A stretch of DNA of 64,000 nucleotides, taken from the IMG/VR virus record IMGVR_UViG_3300025631_000005, positions 1-64,000 of that record. One strand, written 5' to 3'. Each line of letters begins with the position of its first letter. The stretch's first letter is position 1. The notes beneath the pieces are model-generated. The model saw nothing but the letters and a program-made list of their open reading frames with translations. It did not search any database and was not told where the DNA came from. Origin of the DNA: a virus. Its lineage: Duplodnaviria; Caudoviricetes. The position numbers and the translations under genes were made by a program. Positions 30,192-40,425 of this stretch are shown one piece after another.

Positions 30192-31478
30192 GTGTATATT
30201 CCAGGCCCATTTGCCAGCGATAAAGTTGTCCCGGTCCCTTGCCGGTTCGTATGCTCCCGCTGTGGGGGGGATGCTAGATTTTACGCCGCAGCGGCGGCGA
30301 ACCCTTGGGTATTCTGCCGTGATTGTCGGTGGGCAGGTCCGGCGGACCGGTACTTCGGCGGTAAAGACCCTGTCGACGAACTAGGCGTCTACAGCCCTGT
30401 CTCCGGGTCGGATTACGCCAAGCTATTGCGGCTGATCCGCACCCGATTCCATGCGGTTGTTTCTGACACGGAGCCGGTCAGCAGACTGGCTCCGTTTTTT
30501 GCCAAAGTCAGGAATGAGTTCGCGATCAAAACGTTTGGTCTGCCGGGCTACTGCGGCGGCGTCTACCGGATCGGCAAAGAGTTCAAGTTCCAGCAGAGGC
30601 AGTGCCCATCGAAAGACGGCGCTCCAACTCTGTGGTGCCAGTTCTTGTTCACGGACCGCATGTTCTACGAGGACTGGCCGGAGCTTTTTATTCTGCCGCC
30701 CTATGACGCCGTCCGGTTCTGGACCATCTACTACATGCAGGACCAGCCGGACATACCCCCTGTTACGGGGGTGAGCATGTTCAAAGAGCTGATCCAGCGG
30801 CATCGGCCCCTCGGGAAGCCTCATAAGAACAACATGTCGCGCCGCATCCTCATCAATCTGCCAAGTACCACCAAGGTCTACTTCGCTATTCCGAGATCGT
30901 GGCGCGGACAAGACGTAGAACAGGATATAGCTAGGCTGGCGTCTGTGTTCTATGCCAAAATGACCTACTACGAGCCGAAAGACCTAGGATCAGCCGACTT
31001 TTTGTCGGAACTGCGACAGAACGCCTTCAAGCCATATCCTAGTCGCTACACGCCGTCGTCCGATCCGTCGTCGTTTTGCCTACAGCCGATGAATCCGTTT
31101 GACTACAATGGCCGCAGGATGATGTTTCTGGGCGACGGAACCTGTATTGAAGAGAGGGGTAACTGTTGGGTCGATGCGGACACAGGGGCTGTACTGACCA
31201 ACTTTGTGGTTCATTTGAAAGAGCGAGTCTCCAGCAGCTGTTTTATCGTCTGCCTGAAGACATCGACCGGCAAAAGCACCATTTTCCGTATCCTCTGGAG
31301 CAACCTCTTTTACCCGACAACGCTTATACGGCGTATCATGCGGCTTTGTATGGGTATGGGCCATATACCTGCTGTGTCGTGCAGCTTGACCACCCTAATC
31401 ACTATCATCGCGTCATGGAGTAAGCCAGTGTGGCCAGACCGACAGCGGACATCAGAGAACTCATCGCCAAACACGTAG
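30192..31478 (+). CDS. hypothetical protein with N-terminal zinc ribbon
   Basis: FVCSRCGG...VFCRDCRW; directly upstream of the terminase. Confidence 0.55.
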   Translation: MYIPGPFASDKVVPVPCRFVCSRCGGDARFYAAAAANPWVFCRDCRWAGPADRYFGGKDPVDELGVYSPVSGSDYAKLLRLIRTRFHAVVSDTEPVSRLAPFFAKVRNEFAIKTFGLPGYCGGVYRIGKEFKFQQRQCPSKDGAPTLWCQFLFTDRMFYEDWPELFILPPYDAVRFWTIYYMQDQPDIPPVTGVSMFKELIQRHRPLGKPHKNNMSRRILINLPSTTKVYFAIPRSWRGQDVEQDIARLASVFYAKMTYYEPKDLGSADFLSELRQNAFKPYPSRYTPSSDPSSFCLQPMNPFDYNGRRMMFLGDGTCIEERGNCWVDADTGAVLTNFVVHLKERVSSSCFIVCLKTSTGKSTIFRILWSNLFYPTTLIRRIMRLCMGMGHIPAVSCSLTTLITIIASWSKPVWPDRQRTSENSSPNT

Positions 31479-33169
31479 ATATCTGCAACAAGCACGGCTC
31501 AGCGTTGCCCATACTGGACCTGCTGTTCCGCCTCAAAGGCAAGCCTTACAGTCTGCGCGACCATTTTGTCTTTTTCCCGCTGTACGATCTGCAGCAGCCG
31601 AGATCGACCGTCCTAATGTGCGGCAGGCAGGTCGGCAAGACGACGAATCTGGCTATCCAATCGGTCTTACTGGCCGCTACAAGGCCGTTTTCTACGATCC
31701 TGTTCGTTTCACCCCTCGGAGAGCAGATTTCACGCTTCAGCACCATCTATCTCAGCGAGATTCTCAGGCAGTCCGTCATAGGCAAGATGCTCAAAGGACC
31801 TGGCACCGTTGACCGGGTTCTCCAAAAGGACTTCTCCAACAACTCCCACATTATTCTTAGCTATGCCACGGATGACCCTGACCGCGTCCGCAACATTTCA
31901 GCCAGCCGTCTGGTTGTTGACGAGACTCAGGACATGCTGCTCGACGCGATCAGTGTCATCAAAGAGACGCTCAGCCATTCTGAGCAAGGTGGCCAGATTT
32001 TGTACGCTGGAACCCCAAAAACGGGGGATAATACTCTAACCCAGTTATGGCTGGAGAGTAGCCAGGCTGAATGGTTTGTGCCATGCACCCATTGCACGAC
32101 AGACGGCCATCCGACGTGGAATATACCGTCTCCAAAATGGCATCTAGAGGAGATGATAGGTCCTTATCACAATAAAATCTCCGAAGAGTACCCAGCCACC
32201 CTATGTTACAAGTGTAAACAGCCAATATCGCCGAGACTGGGCCGCTGGGTTCATCTCTACCCGGATCGGACGGACTATGCTGGCTATCACGTCCCGCAGC
32301 TCCTCCTGCCGCACCATTATGCCAACCCGGCCAACTGGAAGGAACTGCTGAAAAAACGCCTCAATTTGCCGCCGTACCTGTTCTATAATGAGGTCCTTGG
32401 CTGGCCATATGACCTGGCTGCCGCTATTATCACGCTGGAGGACCTACAAAGAACAGCCGTCATGCCACCGAGAACCGACCCGTCTGTTGTGGACAGAGCC
32501 AAGAAATACACGCTGCTGGTTATGGGCATAGACTGGGGCGGTGGCGGCGAGGAGGAGAAGAGCTTTACAACTCTGGCGCTGGCCGGCCTGTCCAATGACG
32601 GCAAGATCGACGTCATTTGGGGCAGGCGGCTGCTCACGCCGCACGACCACATCAAAGAAGCGATAGATATTGCAACGCATTGTGTTGAGTTCAGCCCCCA
32701 CTACATTGCCCATGACTACGCCGGTGGCGGGGCCATACGGGAGACGATTCTGGTGCAGGCGGGAATGGCAGAGAGCAGGCTCATACCCTACATGTACGCC
32801 ACGGCCAGCATGTCCGGCCTGTGCGTCCGGTCGGAGCCTTCTCCGCTTAGACCAAGGCCGTTTTACCTTCTCAACAAGGCCAGATCGCTGCAGATACTAT
32901 GCACAGCTATCCGTCTTGGCCATATTAGGTTCTTCGCAGACGATTACGTCTCGGCAATAGAACCTGGGTTGTTGAGAGACTTTCTGTCGCTAAAAGAGGA
33001 GACGGCCAGCTCCTCCACACGTGAGGCTTATCGTATCACCAAGAAGAAGGGGAGTATTGACGACTTCGCCCAGGCGGTAAACTACGCCTGTTGCACAATA
33101 TGGCAAATGACTAGCTGGCCAGACATCGCAAAAATGCTTGTGACCAATAGCAAAGACAAAAACGAGTAG
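31430..33169 (+). CDS. terminase large subunit (lambda gpA-like)
   Basis: Walker A CGRQVGKT, Walker B LVVDETQD, GTPK coupling motif, CTHC/CYKC zinc motif, RNase H-like MGIDWG and IDDFAQA. Confidence 0.85.
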   Translation: MARPTADIRELIAKHVDICNKHGSALPILDLLFRLKGKPYSLRDHFVFFPLYDLQQPRSTVLMCGRQVGKTTNLAIQSVLLAATRPFSTILFVSPLGEQISRFSTIYLSEILRQSVIGKMLKGPGTVDRVLQKDFSNNSHIILSYATDDPDRVRNISASRLVVDETQDMLLDAISVIKETLSHSEQGGQILYAGTPKTGDNTLTQLWLESSQAEWFVPCTHCTTDGHPTWNIPSPKWHLEEMIGPYHNKISEEYPATLCYKCKQPISPRLGRWVHLYPDRTDYAGYHVPQLLLPHHYANPANWKELLKKRLNLPPYLFYNEVLGWPYDLAAAIITLEDLQRTAVMPPRTDPSVVDRAKKYTLLVMGIDWGGGGEEEKSFTTLALAGLSNDGKIDVIWGRRLLTPHDHIKEAIDIATHCVEFSPHYIAHDYAGGGAIRETILVQAGMAESRLIPYMYATASMSGLCVRSEPSPLRPRPFYLLNKARSLQILCTAIRLGHIRFFADDYVSAIEPGLLRDFLSLKEETASSSTREAYRITKKKGSIDDFAQAVNYACCTIWQMTSWPDIAKMLVTNSKDKNE

Positions 33170-33206
33170 AATAGAGCTGTGGGCTTCGTCTATTGGAGAA
33201 ATAGAT

Positions 33207-34361
33207 ATGATCGACCAGCGAATAGACACTACCGGCAAACTCGCCAAACAATTGTTTTTTGTGTTTGACGCCCCAGAGTACGTGAAAACTGCCAGTTTGG
33301 GCCAAATACATGGCAAAAACGCCAAGTGTGCGATGGATTACGCCGATCCAGTCCGTAAGCAGTTCCCGATCTGCAATCGAGCTGCTATCTGGACCTCGGC
33401 AGCTTACCTGTATGCGAGCCAAAAAGACCCGGATCCGGCTATAGAGGCGCGTATCAAGGAGGCTGCCGACCTCTTTGAGATCACCAGCGATATTGAGACG
33501 CTCAAGCAGTCCATCAAGAAGGCCAAAGAGGTCAAACAGACCTATGTCGATGACTGTTTCGCCGTGGTGCTGGACATCGGAGGCTTGAAAGTCCGCCGCT
33601 ACCCCCTCAGAAGTGGGGCCGAGGTCAAAGCCGCCGCCGCTTATTTCGAGCGGTATCGCCATGAGCTATCGCCCTGGGTTATCCGCAGGGAATTCGCAAG
33701 ACGGGTGCTGGAAAAAGCCGCCGAGTATAAGGTCGATATCAGCGAGCACCTACCCATTCTGCGTCGAAGCGCCGGCTTGGGCTGCTCTATGCCGACCGAA
33801 CTCGTCGGTCTGATCGTAGACAGAGCCTCCAAGCTGGGTAGACGCGACAAGGAGCTGTCGCATACCATGCTGAAGGCGGCGTCGATAATGGCGGATCTCG
33901 GCGATGTGTCTATGGAGGCCCATGATGCGGTTATGGACCTTATCGACCTCGTCGACCAGAAACTCAAACTGGCGACGAAATACGCACAAATCGGATTCCC
34001 GGAGGACGTCGTCTACTCCACCAGCAAAGAGGCGGTGGCGTCGCTCGCAAGCGACGTTGTGGTCAACTCGAAGACGGGCAGAATCTATAGCCTGTCCGAC
34101 GTGTTGGCCGTGTCGCCGAAAACGCTGTCCAAGTATCTCGGAGCCGGCTTCGTCAAGTTAGCCCATGACCCCGACGCCGGACAACCGGAGGCGGAGCGGC
34201 TCACGAAAGCGCTGTCTCGGCTGTCAGACGGCGACGCCAGGGTGTTCGATGCGCTGATGAATAGGGCCGGGGTCAAACCTATGGCCGTTCGTCCGACCAG
34301 CATTGGGCTTTCGCAAGATGAATTGGAGTCGTTAAGTCAATTTGCAACTGAACGAGTATGA
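33207..34361 (+). CDS. hypothetical protein, putative virion or assembly protein
   Basis: 384-aa ORF between terminase and portal. Confidence 0.55.
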   Translation: MIDQRIDTTGKLAKQLFFVFDAPEYVKTASLGQIHGKNAKCAMDYADPVRKQFPICNRAAIWTSAAYLYASQKDPDPAIEARIKEAADLFEITSDIETLKQSIKKAKEVKQTYVDDCFAVVLDIGGLKVRRYPLRSGAEVKAAAAYFERYRHELSPWVIRREFARRVLEKAAEYKVDISEHLPILRRSAGLGCSMPTELVGLIVDRASKLGRRDKELSHTMLKAASIMADLGDVSMEAHDAVMDLIDLVDQKLKLATKYAQIGFPEDVVYSTSKEAVASLASDVVVNSKTGRIYSLSDVLAVSPKTLSKYLGAGFVKLAHDPDAGQPEAERLTKALSRLSDGDARVFDALMNRAGVKPMAVRPTSIGLSQDELESLSQFATERV

Positions 34362-34687
34362 GCGATTTTAGTAATATTCTGCGAGGTCTATCCAACGCTT
34401 TGTCAGCGGCTGCTGACAACTTGGAGGGCATGAAGTACTACCTCGTTATTGCCCGAGAAACAGGCAAGCCGGAAGTCATAGAGGCGCCGACGCATGAAGA
34501 ATGCGTCCAGCGTCTGAACGATATTGTTGCTACGTCAAGTGGGACCCCGTGTTATGTGTTTATGTTCGAAGGTCGAAGATGGAAGGTTTACCGCAATCCG
34601 GCGAGGCTCGTCTCGCCGGACGGCACTGTCAAGGTTTTGGAAGTGTGTAGCAATGTTTCGCCAGATGATAACGAGGACTGTCTATAA
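34358..34687 (+). CDS. hypothetical protein
   Basis: ATGA overlap; 109 aa. Confidence 0.55.
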   Translation: MSDFSNILRGLSNALSAAADNLEGMKYYLVIARETGKPEVIEAPTHEECVQRLNDIVATSSGTPCYVFMFEGRRWKVYRNPARLVSPDGTVKVLEVCSNVSPDDNEDCL

Positions 34688-35430
34688 TGCGTTTAGACAC
34701 TACGTACTTGGAGACTTGGCCGAAGCAGATCGACGCATGGGATGTAGTCGTTCCAGACGTAGTACAGGGCGGGTTTATTGTCCCGTGGTCGGAAGACGGT
34801 CAAGTGACTAAAGAGTATGCCAATGGCGCACGTCGCGTCGTTCTAGTTAATCCAGATACGGAGCCTTATATGTTCGACCCAACTACAGGGACTCGTTACA
34901 AGTTAGGTTCGTCGCCGAACTCTTCGCCAGCCGTTGCCCCTAAGACGACGGCGTCGTCGGTGACTGAGATAATGCAAAAAATCCTGGCACAGCCTGTTCC
35001 GTCCGTGGCGCCTGTTGTTCAGACGCCGGCTGCGACGGCGGCTTCGTCGAACCCTCCAACCTTGCTCGGCAGACAGGAAACGGCTCAGCTGCCGATCCAG
35101 TCTCAGCCTGCTATGCCGGCGGCTGGGAGTAAGCTGAAGAACGAGCTCAAGTTGCTCCTTGTCCCTGGAAACTCTCCCATAGCTGTCAACGCCAGGTTCT
35201 GCGACATCAAGGTGCTGCAATCAGGCGCCGGCCGCTACATAGCGCTGATCAAGGTGAATGAGGCGTCCGAGGACTCTATAGAACTCGCGCCGCAGGCGGG
35301 TTTGACGTTGCTGGTGGGCTCCGACAGCCTTCGCAAGGTTTACAAGCTGGACATGAGCGAAGTCATTCCTTTGGAGATCGACCAGTACCAAGTGAAGCTG
35401 ATGAGACTTATCGAGGAGTTCGATATATGA
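34687..35430 (+). CDS. hypothetical protein with Pro/Ala-rich linker
   Basis: TAATG overlap; 247 aa. Confidence 0.55.
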   Translation: MRLDTTYLETWPKQIDAWDVVVPDVVQGGFIVPWSEDGQVTKEYANGARRVVLVNPDTEPYMFDPTTGTRYKLGSSPNSSPAVAPKTTASSVTEIMQKILAQPVPSVAPVVQTPAATAASSNPPTLLGRQETAQLPIQSQPAMPAAGSKLKNELKLLLVPGNSPIAVNARFCDIKVLQSGAGRYIALIKVNEASEDSIELAPQAGLTLLVGSDSLRKVYKLDMSEVIPLEIDQYQVKLMRLIEEFDI

Positions 35431-35612
35431 GCGGTGGCATGGTGAAATACGGCGTCATTGCCAAAGGACTCACGAATCCAGAGTCGAAGCACGCACAGTT
35501 AGATGACTGCGCTGCTCATCGGATCGTGAAAGAGGCGAGGCTGCGAACCAGCAATAAGAAACAAGCTAAGACAAAGCAAAGAAACCATGCTGACACCGGA
35601 CGGCGCTCTTGA
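35427..35612 (+). CDS. small hypothetical protein
   Basis: ATGA overlap; basic C-terminus. Confidence 0.4.
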   Translation: MSGGMVKYGVIAKGLTNPESKHAQLDDCAAHRIVKEARLRTSNKKQAKTKQRNHADTGRRS

Positions 35613-37548
35613 GCTATCGGATGCAAGTTATTATCGCAGACGGCTGGCGGATTTCGCGCCGCCCTGGGCCGGCTTCTCAGCGCATGTCATGCCTGAGACG
35701 ATGTGGCACGCGCTGCGCCTGTGCGAGTATGTTGTCACAACACAGCCCGCCTACAAGTCGGCCATCGAAAGGGTCGTCTCTTACTTTATCACGAGAATCG
35801 AGATCACAGGGACGGACAGGAGCGGCCAGCTCAAATACAGGGAGCTCTTAGAAGACGTTTTGGGCGTGTATCAGTGGCTCAAGTCTATCGCCATTGACTA
35901 TCTCGTCTACGGCAACAGCTTCATTAGCATCTTGCCCGCTTTCACGAAATACGCCCGTTGCAAATCGACCACAATCAACAAAGACGGCAAGAAAATAGCC
36001 TGCTCCTTTGAGGCTCCACTTCTAAAGCTGCTAGATAAGCCTGACCTGTATAAGCCGGCGTGGCGCGAAGGTGAACTAAGGGCGTACTGCCCAAGATGCG
36101 GCAAAACAGGCTACTGGGACATCATCTCCAGAGAGAACGTGTCTGGTGGAGGGGTGCATCTGAAACGATGGTCTCCGTATGAGATCGAAATAGAGTGGTC
36201 CCCATTCACACATGAGGTCAGGCATATTTGGCGGATTCCGCAGGATTTGAAGGATGCTATCAGGCGGCACGACCCGTTCGTTATCGCTACTACGCCGGAT
36301 GAGGTCATCAAATCCGCAATGAAAGACCTCAATATCAGGCTATACCCGTCGGAAATCTTCCATCTCAAGGAGCCGGCGCTAGCAGGTCATCCGGTCCGTG
36401 GTTGGGGTCTCAGCCCTGTTTTGACGCACTTCCGTCAAATATGGCTTGTAAGCATGTTCCATCGCTACAACGAGGCTATAGCGATGGACTACATCATGCC
36501 TTTGCGGCTGATCTGCCCGGAGCCGAAAACGAGCCAGTTCGCAGACCCGCTTTTTGCGTCTGACAGCTCGCAACTGGTCTGGCAACTGCGGACGGCGATA
36601 CAGGCCCGGCGTTACGACCCGACCACCTGGGCGGTGTTCCCGTTCCCTGTCCGATACCAGTTTGTCGGCGGGGAAGGGCCGAATCTGGCTTCGAAGGAGC
36701 TTATGGAGTATCACAGGAGCGAGCTATTGGAGTCTATTGGGATTCCTGTCGAGCTCTACCGAGGCAACTTGGCGATCAATAACGCCCCTGTCGCAGTTCG
36801 GCTGTTCGAAACAAGCTGGAGCCATCTAACGTACCTGTTGAACCGGGCTATCCAGTGGATTGTGGATAAACTGTCGATCTACTACGGGCTGGATCGTGTG
36901 AGAGCGGAAATCTTGAAGCCGTCTGTGGTTGACGACATCAATAAGCAGTCGCTTCGGCTGCAGCTCATGCAGAGCGGTATGCTGTCGAAGGCTACGGCGC
37001 TCAAAGAACTCGGCGTTGAAGACTACATGGCAGAGCTCCGGCAGGCGATCCGCGAAGAGCGGGATGTTGCAGAGCTTATGGAGGAGTCCAAGACGATCCT
37101 CCAAAAAGGCCAGGCTATGCGGCAGCTTATGTCGATGCCTGTCGGGGCCACAGAAGAGGCGCAGGCGGGAGCAGCACCGCCAGAAATGGGGGGTATGGGT
37201 ATGCCGATGGCTGGTGGTCCGCCGCCCGCCGGCGCTGCCCCTGGAGCTCCTATGCCGGGCGGAGCAGCGCCTGCCCCAGGTGGGGGGTCTCCTGTTGACC
37301 AAGCTATGGCCCAGATATCGCTCCGCCAAAACAACCTCACTATGGACGAAATCGAGCAGACGGCGAGTACTTTGGCCGGGCAGTTGGCGTCCATGCCGTT
37401 GGATCAGCGGATTAGCGAGCTGAGAAAGCTGAGGGCGCAGAACAAGACCATTCATGCTAGGACCAAAGAGATGATCGCTGAGATGGAGCGACAGGCGCAA
37501 TCGCAAGCTGTCCGGCAGATGAGACAAGGTGGAGCCCCGCCGCAATGA
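35587..37548 (+). CDS. probable portal protein
   Basis: 653 aa near the terminase; DYLVYGNSF, IFHLKE...WGLSPV and LGIPVE-like SIGIPVELY segments fit portal folds; G/P/A-rich tail. Confidence 0.6.
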   Translation: MLTPDGALELSDASYYRRRLADFAPPWAGFSAHVMPETMWHALRLCEYVVTTQPAYKSAIERVVSYFITRIEITGTDRSGQLKYRELLEDVLGVYQWLKSIAIDYLVYGNSFISILPAFTKYARCKSTTINKDGKKIACSFEAPLLKLLDKPDLYKPAWREGELRAYCPRCGKTGYWDIISRENVSGGGVHLKRWSPYEIEIEWSPFTHEVRHIWRIPQDLKDAIRRHDPFVIATTPDEVIKSAMKDLNIRLYPSEIFHLKEPALAGHPVRGWGLSPVLTHFRQIWLVSMFHRYNEAIAMDYIMPLRLICPEPKTSQFADPLFASDSSQLVWQLRTAIQARRYDPTTWAVFPFPVRYQFVGGEGPNLASKELMEYHRSELLESIGIPVELYRGNLAINNAPVAVRLFETSWSHLTYLLNRAIQWIVDKLSIYYGLDRVRAEILKPSVVDDINKQSLRLQLMQSGMLSKATALKELGVEDYMAELRQAIREERDVAELMEESKTILQKGQAMRQLMSMPVGATEEAQAGAAPPEMGGMGMPMAGGPPPAGAAPGAPMPGGAAPAPGGGSPVDQAMAQISLRQNNLTMDEIEQTASTLAGQLASMPLDQRISELRKLRAQNKTIHARTKEMIAEMERQAQSQAVRQMRQGGAPPQ

Positions 37549-37943
37549 CAAAGTTTGAATCCGGATTCAAAAATCGGTTCGGTCATAAAGGATCCGTAAT
37601 ACGCATCCCTGGTATGCCATCTCTGGCAGAACAGTACGGCATCAAGATTCCGTCCAATTTCGGTAAGGAGTTCGTCAAGGTTCTTGAGAACCTAAAATCC
37701 GAGCAGATTAGCCAGTCTCAACAGTTTGCACAACAGGACGGAATACAGACGATCGACCCGTCGCAGCTAAAACCGGTATTTTTAGGCGACTTTGATGACA
37801 AACCTGCTATCGACCAAACCACGCAAAACCAGCAAGACGAGCAGAACAGGCAAGAATCCGCGCAAGAACCTCAAAAAGGCGTCGGGTTCCTGGGAGAGCT
37901 CGCAAAGCTTGCGGCTAAGTCTAAACCGGCTGATTCTCGGTAG
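37545..37943 (+). CDS. hypothetical protein; may join the next ORF by frameshift
   Basis: Starts MTKFESGFKN (palindrome read as FESGFK); overlaps the next ORF by 152 nt. Confidence 0.5.
   Translation: MTKFESGFKNRFGHKGSVIRIPGMPSLAEQYGIKIPSNFGKEFVKVLENLKSEQISQSQQFAQQDGIQTIDPSQLKPVFLGDFDDKPAIDQTTQNQQDEQNRQESAQEPQKGVGFLGELAKLAAKSKPADSR
37554..37571. repeat. palindrome copy 7 (18-bp core)
   Basis: TTTGAATCCGGATTCAAA just after the portal stop codon. Confidence 0.95.
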
Positions 37944-40425
37944 CTTCTTCAAGTCAGCCCAACAGACGCAGCCAGCTTTGACGCCTGGTACGACTCAGCC
38001 GGCCAAGCAACCTGTTCCGCAGTCGGCTCCTGCGTCGTCTGCGACGATTGCACCTACACCAACTGCGCCTGCACCGACTACGCCCACACCAGCCTCTACA
38101 CCGTCTGCGACGACAGGAACGCCCAACGCAGCCGGAGAAGTTGCCAAGCCGACTGAACCGGCGTCGGCTACGACGGAAGAAGAACAGCTTCTTAGCGAAA
38201 TACCGTTAGCGACTCTGGAAAAGAGGCCGATATATGAGCTGGCCACTACTGAACGCAGTGTAGGGCCGGCAAAGACTCTGGCCGAATTGCAGGTCGGCGG
38301 AAGTAAGAAACTACTCCGAGAGAGGTTTAGCGGTCCTGGGGCCTTTGAACGAGCTAAGAAATTCGTCGAAGGCTCCAGAGAAAGGGCGCAGTCATATCTC
38401 AAGGACGTCGCGGAGTACCAGCAGAAAGCGTTCGGCGTCTCCTCATTCTGGCAAGGAGCCAGGTCCTGGTCGGACTATGTGTTCGGTATCAGTCGCGGCG
38501 GGCTTATAGGCGATACGGCTCTATCGCTATGGAACAACACATTTGGAAAACTCTATGGCGGCTTTGGTTCAGTCGACGATCTTGTCACCTATGCAAAAAA
38601 GGAGTACGAGGCGGCCCTAGAATACTCCAATTTGAGCAGCCACTGGGCCGCTGAAAACCTCTCAAGCCTGATGGGTGGCGAAGAGGGGCTCGAACTCAGT
38701 TCAATCGAAGCAGCGCTCAGGACAATGGGTGGTTATGTCGCTTATTCGGCTGTACCGCCGACTTTAAGCTGGGCTGCGAAGGGTCTTGCAACCACTGCAA
38801 GCAAGGCTCTACAGGTGTCAGCCGGTAAAGCAGCTACTCTGGCCGCTGGCGCTGCTAGAGCCGCTAATGTTGTAGCGCTGGTGCCGTTCCTTATCTCGAT
38901 GGGCGTACCTGTTTTCAGCTATATATCGAACAAATACTTCACCGACACAGAGGGTCTAACTCTCAGAAATACTGTGCTGCATTTAAGTTCGTGGCCAATT
39001 GCCAGGTCGGCTGTTTTCTCTTCTGTAGAGGAGGCAAGTCAGCTTGCGAAGCTCCATCAGGACCTGACGAAAAAGTACGGAAACTCTTCACCATTCACCG
39101 TCGCCAAACAATACAACGCTGCGCTGAGCGCTATGAGGGCTAACCCTAATGACCAGCGGCTGAAAGAGCAAGTCAGTACCACGTTCAGAGATTTAGAGCA
39201 GGCTATCAATACAGTAGCAGCTATCAGCCTCGGCACGACGCCTCAAGGCATCATAAAACTCAACGAACTCAAAAGCAAAAACAAAGAAGCCGGTAGGCTG
39301 TTGGAAGCATATACCAAGCTGCGGGAAAAAATGTACGACGAGGTGCTCAAGGCGACGAGCAGCGCCGATCCGTACGGGTTGGTCAAAATGGAAGCCACTG
39401 ACGTCTATGCCGTTACGATGTCTTGCCCGCTTCTGGCTCATGGATTTGTCGGCTCCAGCTGGGATAAAGCCTTGGCTGACAGGATAAACGCCGAGTATAA
39501 GAAAACACAAGAGATCGACAAGCAATGGCTCAGCCGGATTGTCGGGCAGAAAAAGGCGGACGAGTTAGTGAACCAGCTCTACAAGCCGGAAAACAGAATA
39601 ATGGCGCTTAGCGTGCATACGAACTTGGCGGAGGCCGAAGCGGCGACGACGTCGATGCTGTTGGAGTATGCTGATGCTCTTGAAAAGCATCCAGAAGCGG
39701 TTGATGCCGCGATAAGGGATATGGAGAGTAGCGGCCAGCAGTCCGCCGAGAAAGTGCGGAAGACTATGCAGGACATCAGGAGAACGATGTATTACGCCGT
39801 AACTGGCAGAGATATATATGATCCGCTCGTCGACGTCCAGCCTAATAAAAAGGAGGCGTGGAATAAGTCTGTAGAGAGCCTCCCGGCTATGGTAACCTAT
39901 CTGCTCGCCTGCATGATTTACCACAATCGTCGCCAGGCCCTAATATCGCAAGGCAAAAAACCGACTATTCAGGGCATGAAACAGGCTATTTTGGAGCATT
40001 CCAAGACTGTAGGGCAGCAGGTCAAATCGAGTCTTAACATAGCTGAGGCCAATCCGAACGAGCTGCCTGCCAGCATGGCTGGGGTGTTGTCTCAGTTCAT
40101 CGGCTCCAAGTATCTTTACAATACGGTATCGGAGTTAAGCAAAACAACCATAACTGCGTTGAAAGGCGCTAAAACGATAGCTGCTGGTGGCAATGCCGTC
40201 AAAACAGCCAAGATATTAGGGGCGCTGAGCAAAACGGCTGATGCTCTAAGAATACCCAGATGGCTTAGAAAAAGTAGCCCTATAATCCTGATGATGGCGA
40301 TTGTTATGAATGAAGGTCATATTTATTCCTTGCTTCCTGAGAAGTTACGTTCGTGGCTCACTCTACAGATCGGGGGGAACTCGCTGCTTGACACACTAGC
40401 GCCGAAGAAGGAAAAAGCAAAATGA
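37792..40425 (+). CDS. large Ala-rich putative virion or membrane-associated protein
   Basis: 877 aa; P/T/A-rich N-terminal linker; hydrophobic VVALVPFLISMGVPVFSYI; mostly helical. Confidence 0.6.
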   Translation: MMTNLLSTKPRKTSKTSRTGKNPRKNLKKASGSWESSQSLRLSLNRLILGSFFKSAQQTQPALTPGTTQPAKQPVPQSAPASSATIAPTPTAPAPTTPTPASTPSATTGTPNAAGEVAKPTEPASATTEEEQLLSEIPLATLEKRPIYELATTERSVGPAKTLAELQVGGSKKLLRERFSGPGAFERAKKFVEGSRERAQSYLKDVAEYQQKAFGVSSFWQGARSWSDYVFGISRGGLIGDTALSLWNNTFGKLYGGFGSVDDLVTYAKKEYEAALEYSNLSSHWAAENLSSLMGGEEGLELSSIEAALRTMGGYVAYSAVPPTLSWAAKGLATTASKALQVSAGKAATLAAGAARAANVVALVPFLISMGVPVFSYISNKYFTDTEGLTLRNTVLHLSSWPIARSAVFSSVEEASQLAKLHQDLTKKYGNSSPFTVAKQYNAALSAMRANPNDQRLKEQVSTTFRDLEQAINTVAAISLGTTPQGIIKLNELKSKNKEAGRLLEAYTKLREKMYDEVLKATSSADPYGLVKMEATDVYAVTMSCPLLAHGFVGSSWDKALADRINAEYKKTQEIDKQWLSRIVGQKKADELVNQLYKPENRIMALSVHTNLAEAEAATTSMLLEYADALEKHPEAVDAAIRDMESSGQQSAEKVRKTMQDIRRTMYYAVTGRDIYDPLVDVQPNKKEAWNKSVESLPAMVTYLLACMIYHNRRQALISQGKKPTIQGMKQAILEHSKTVGQQVKSSLNIAEANPNELPASMAGVLSQFIGSKYLYNTVSELSKTTITALKGAKTIAAGGNAVKTAKILGALSKTADALRIPRWLRKSSPIILMMAIVMNEGHIYSLLPEKLRSWLTLQIGGNSLLDTLAPKKEKAK

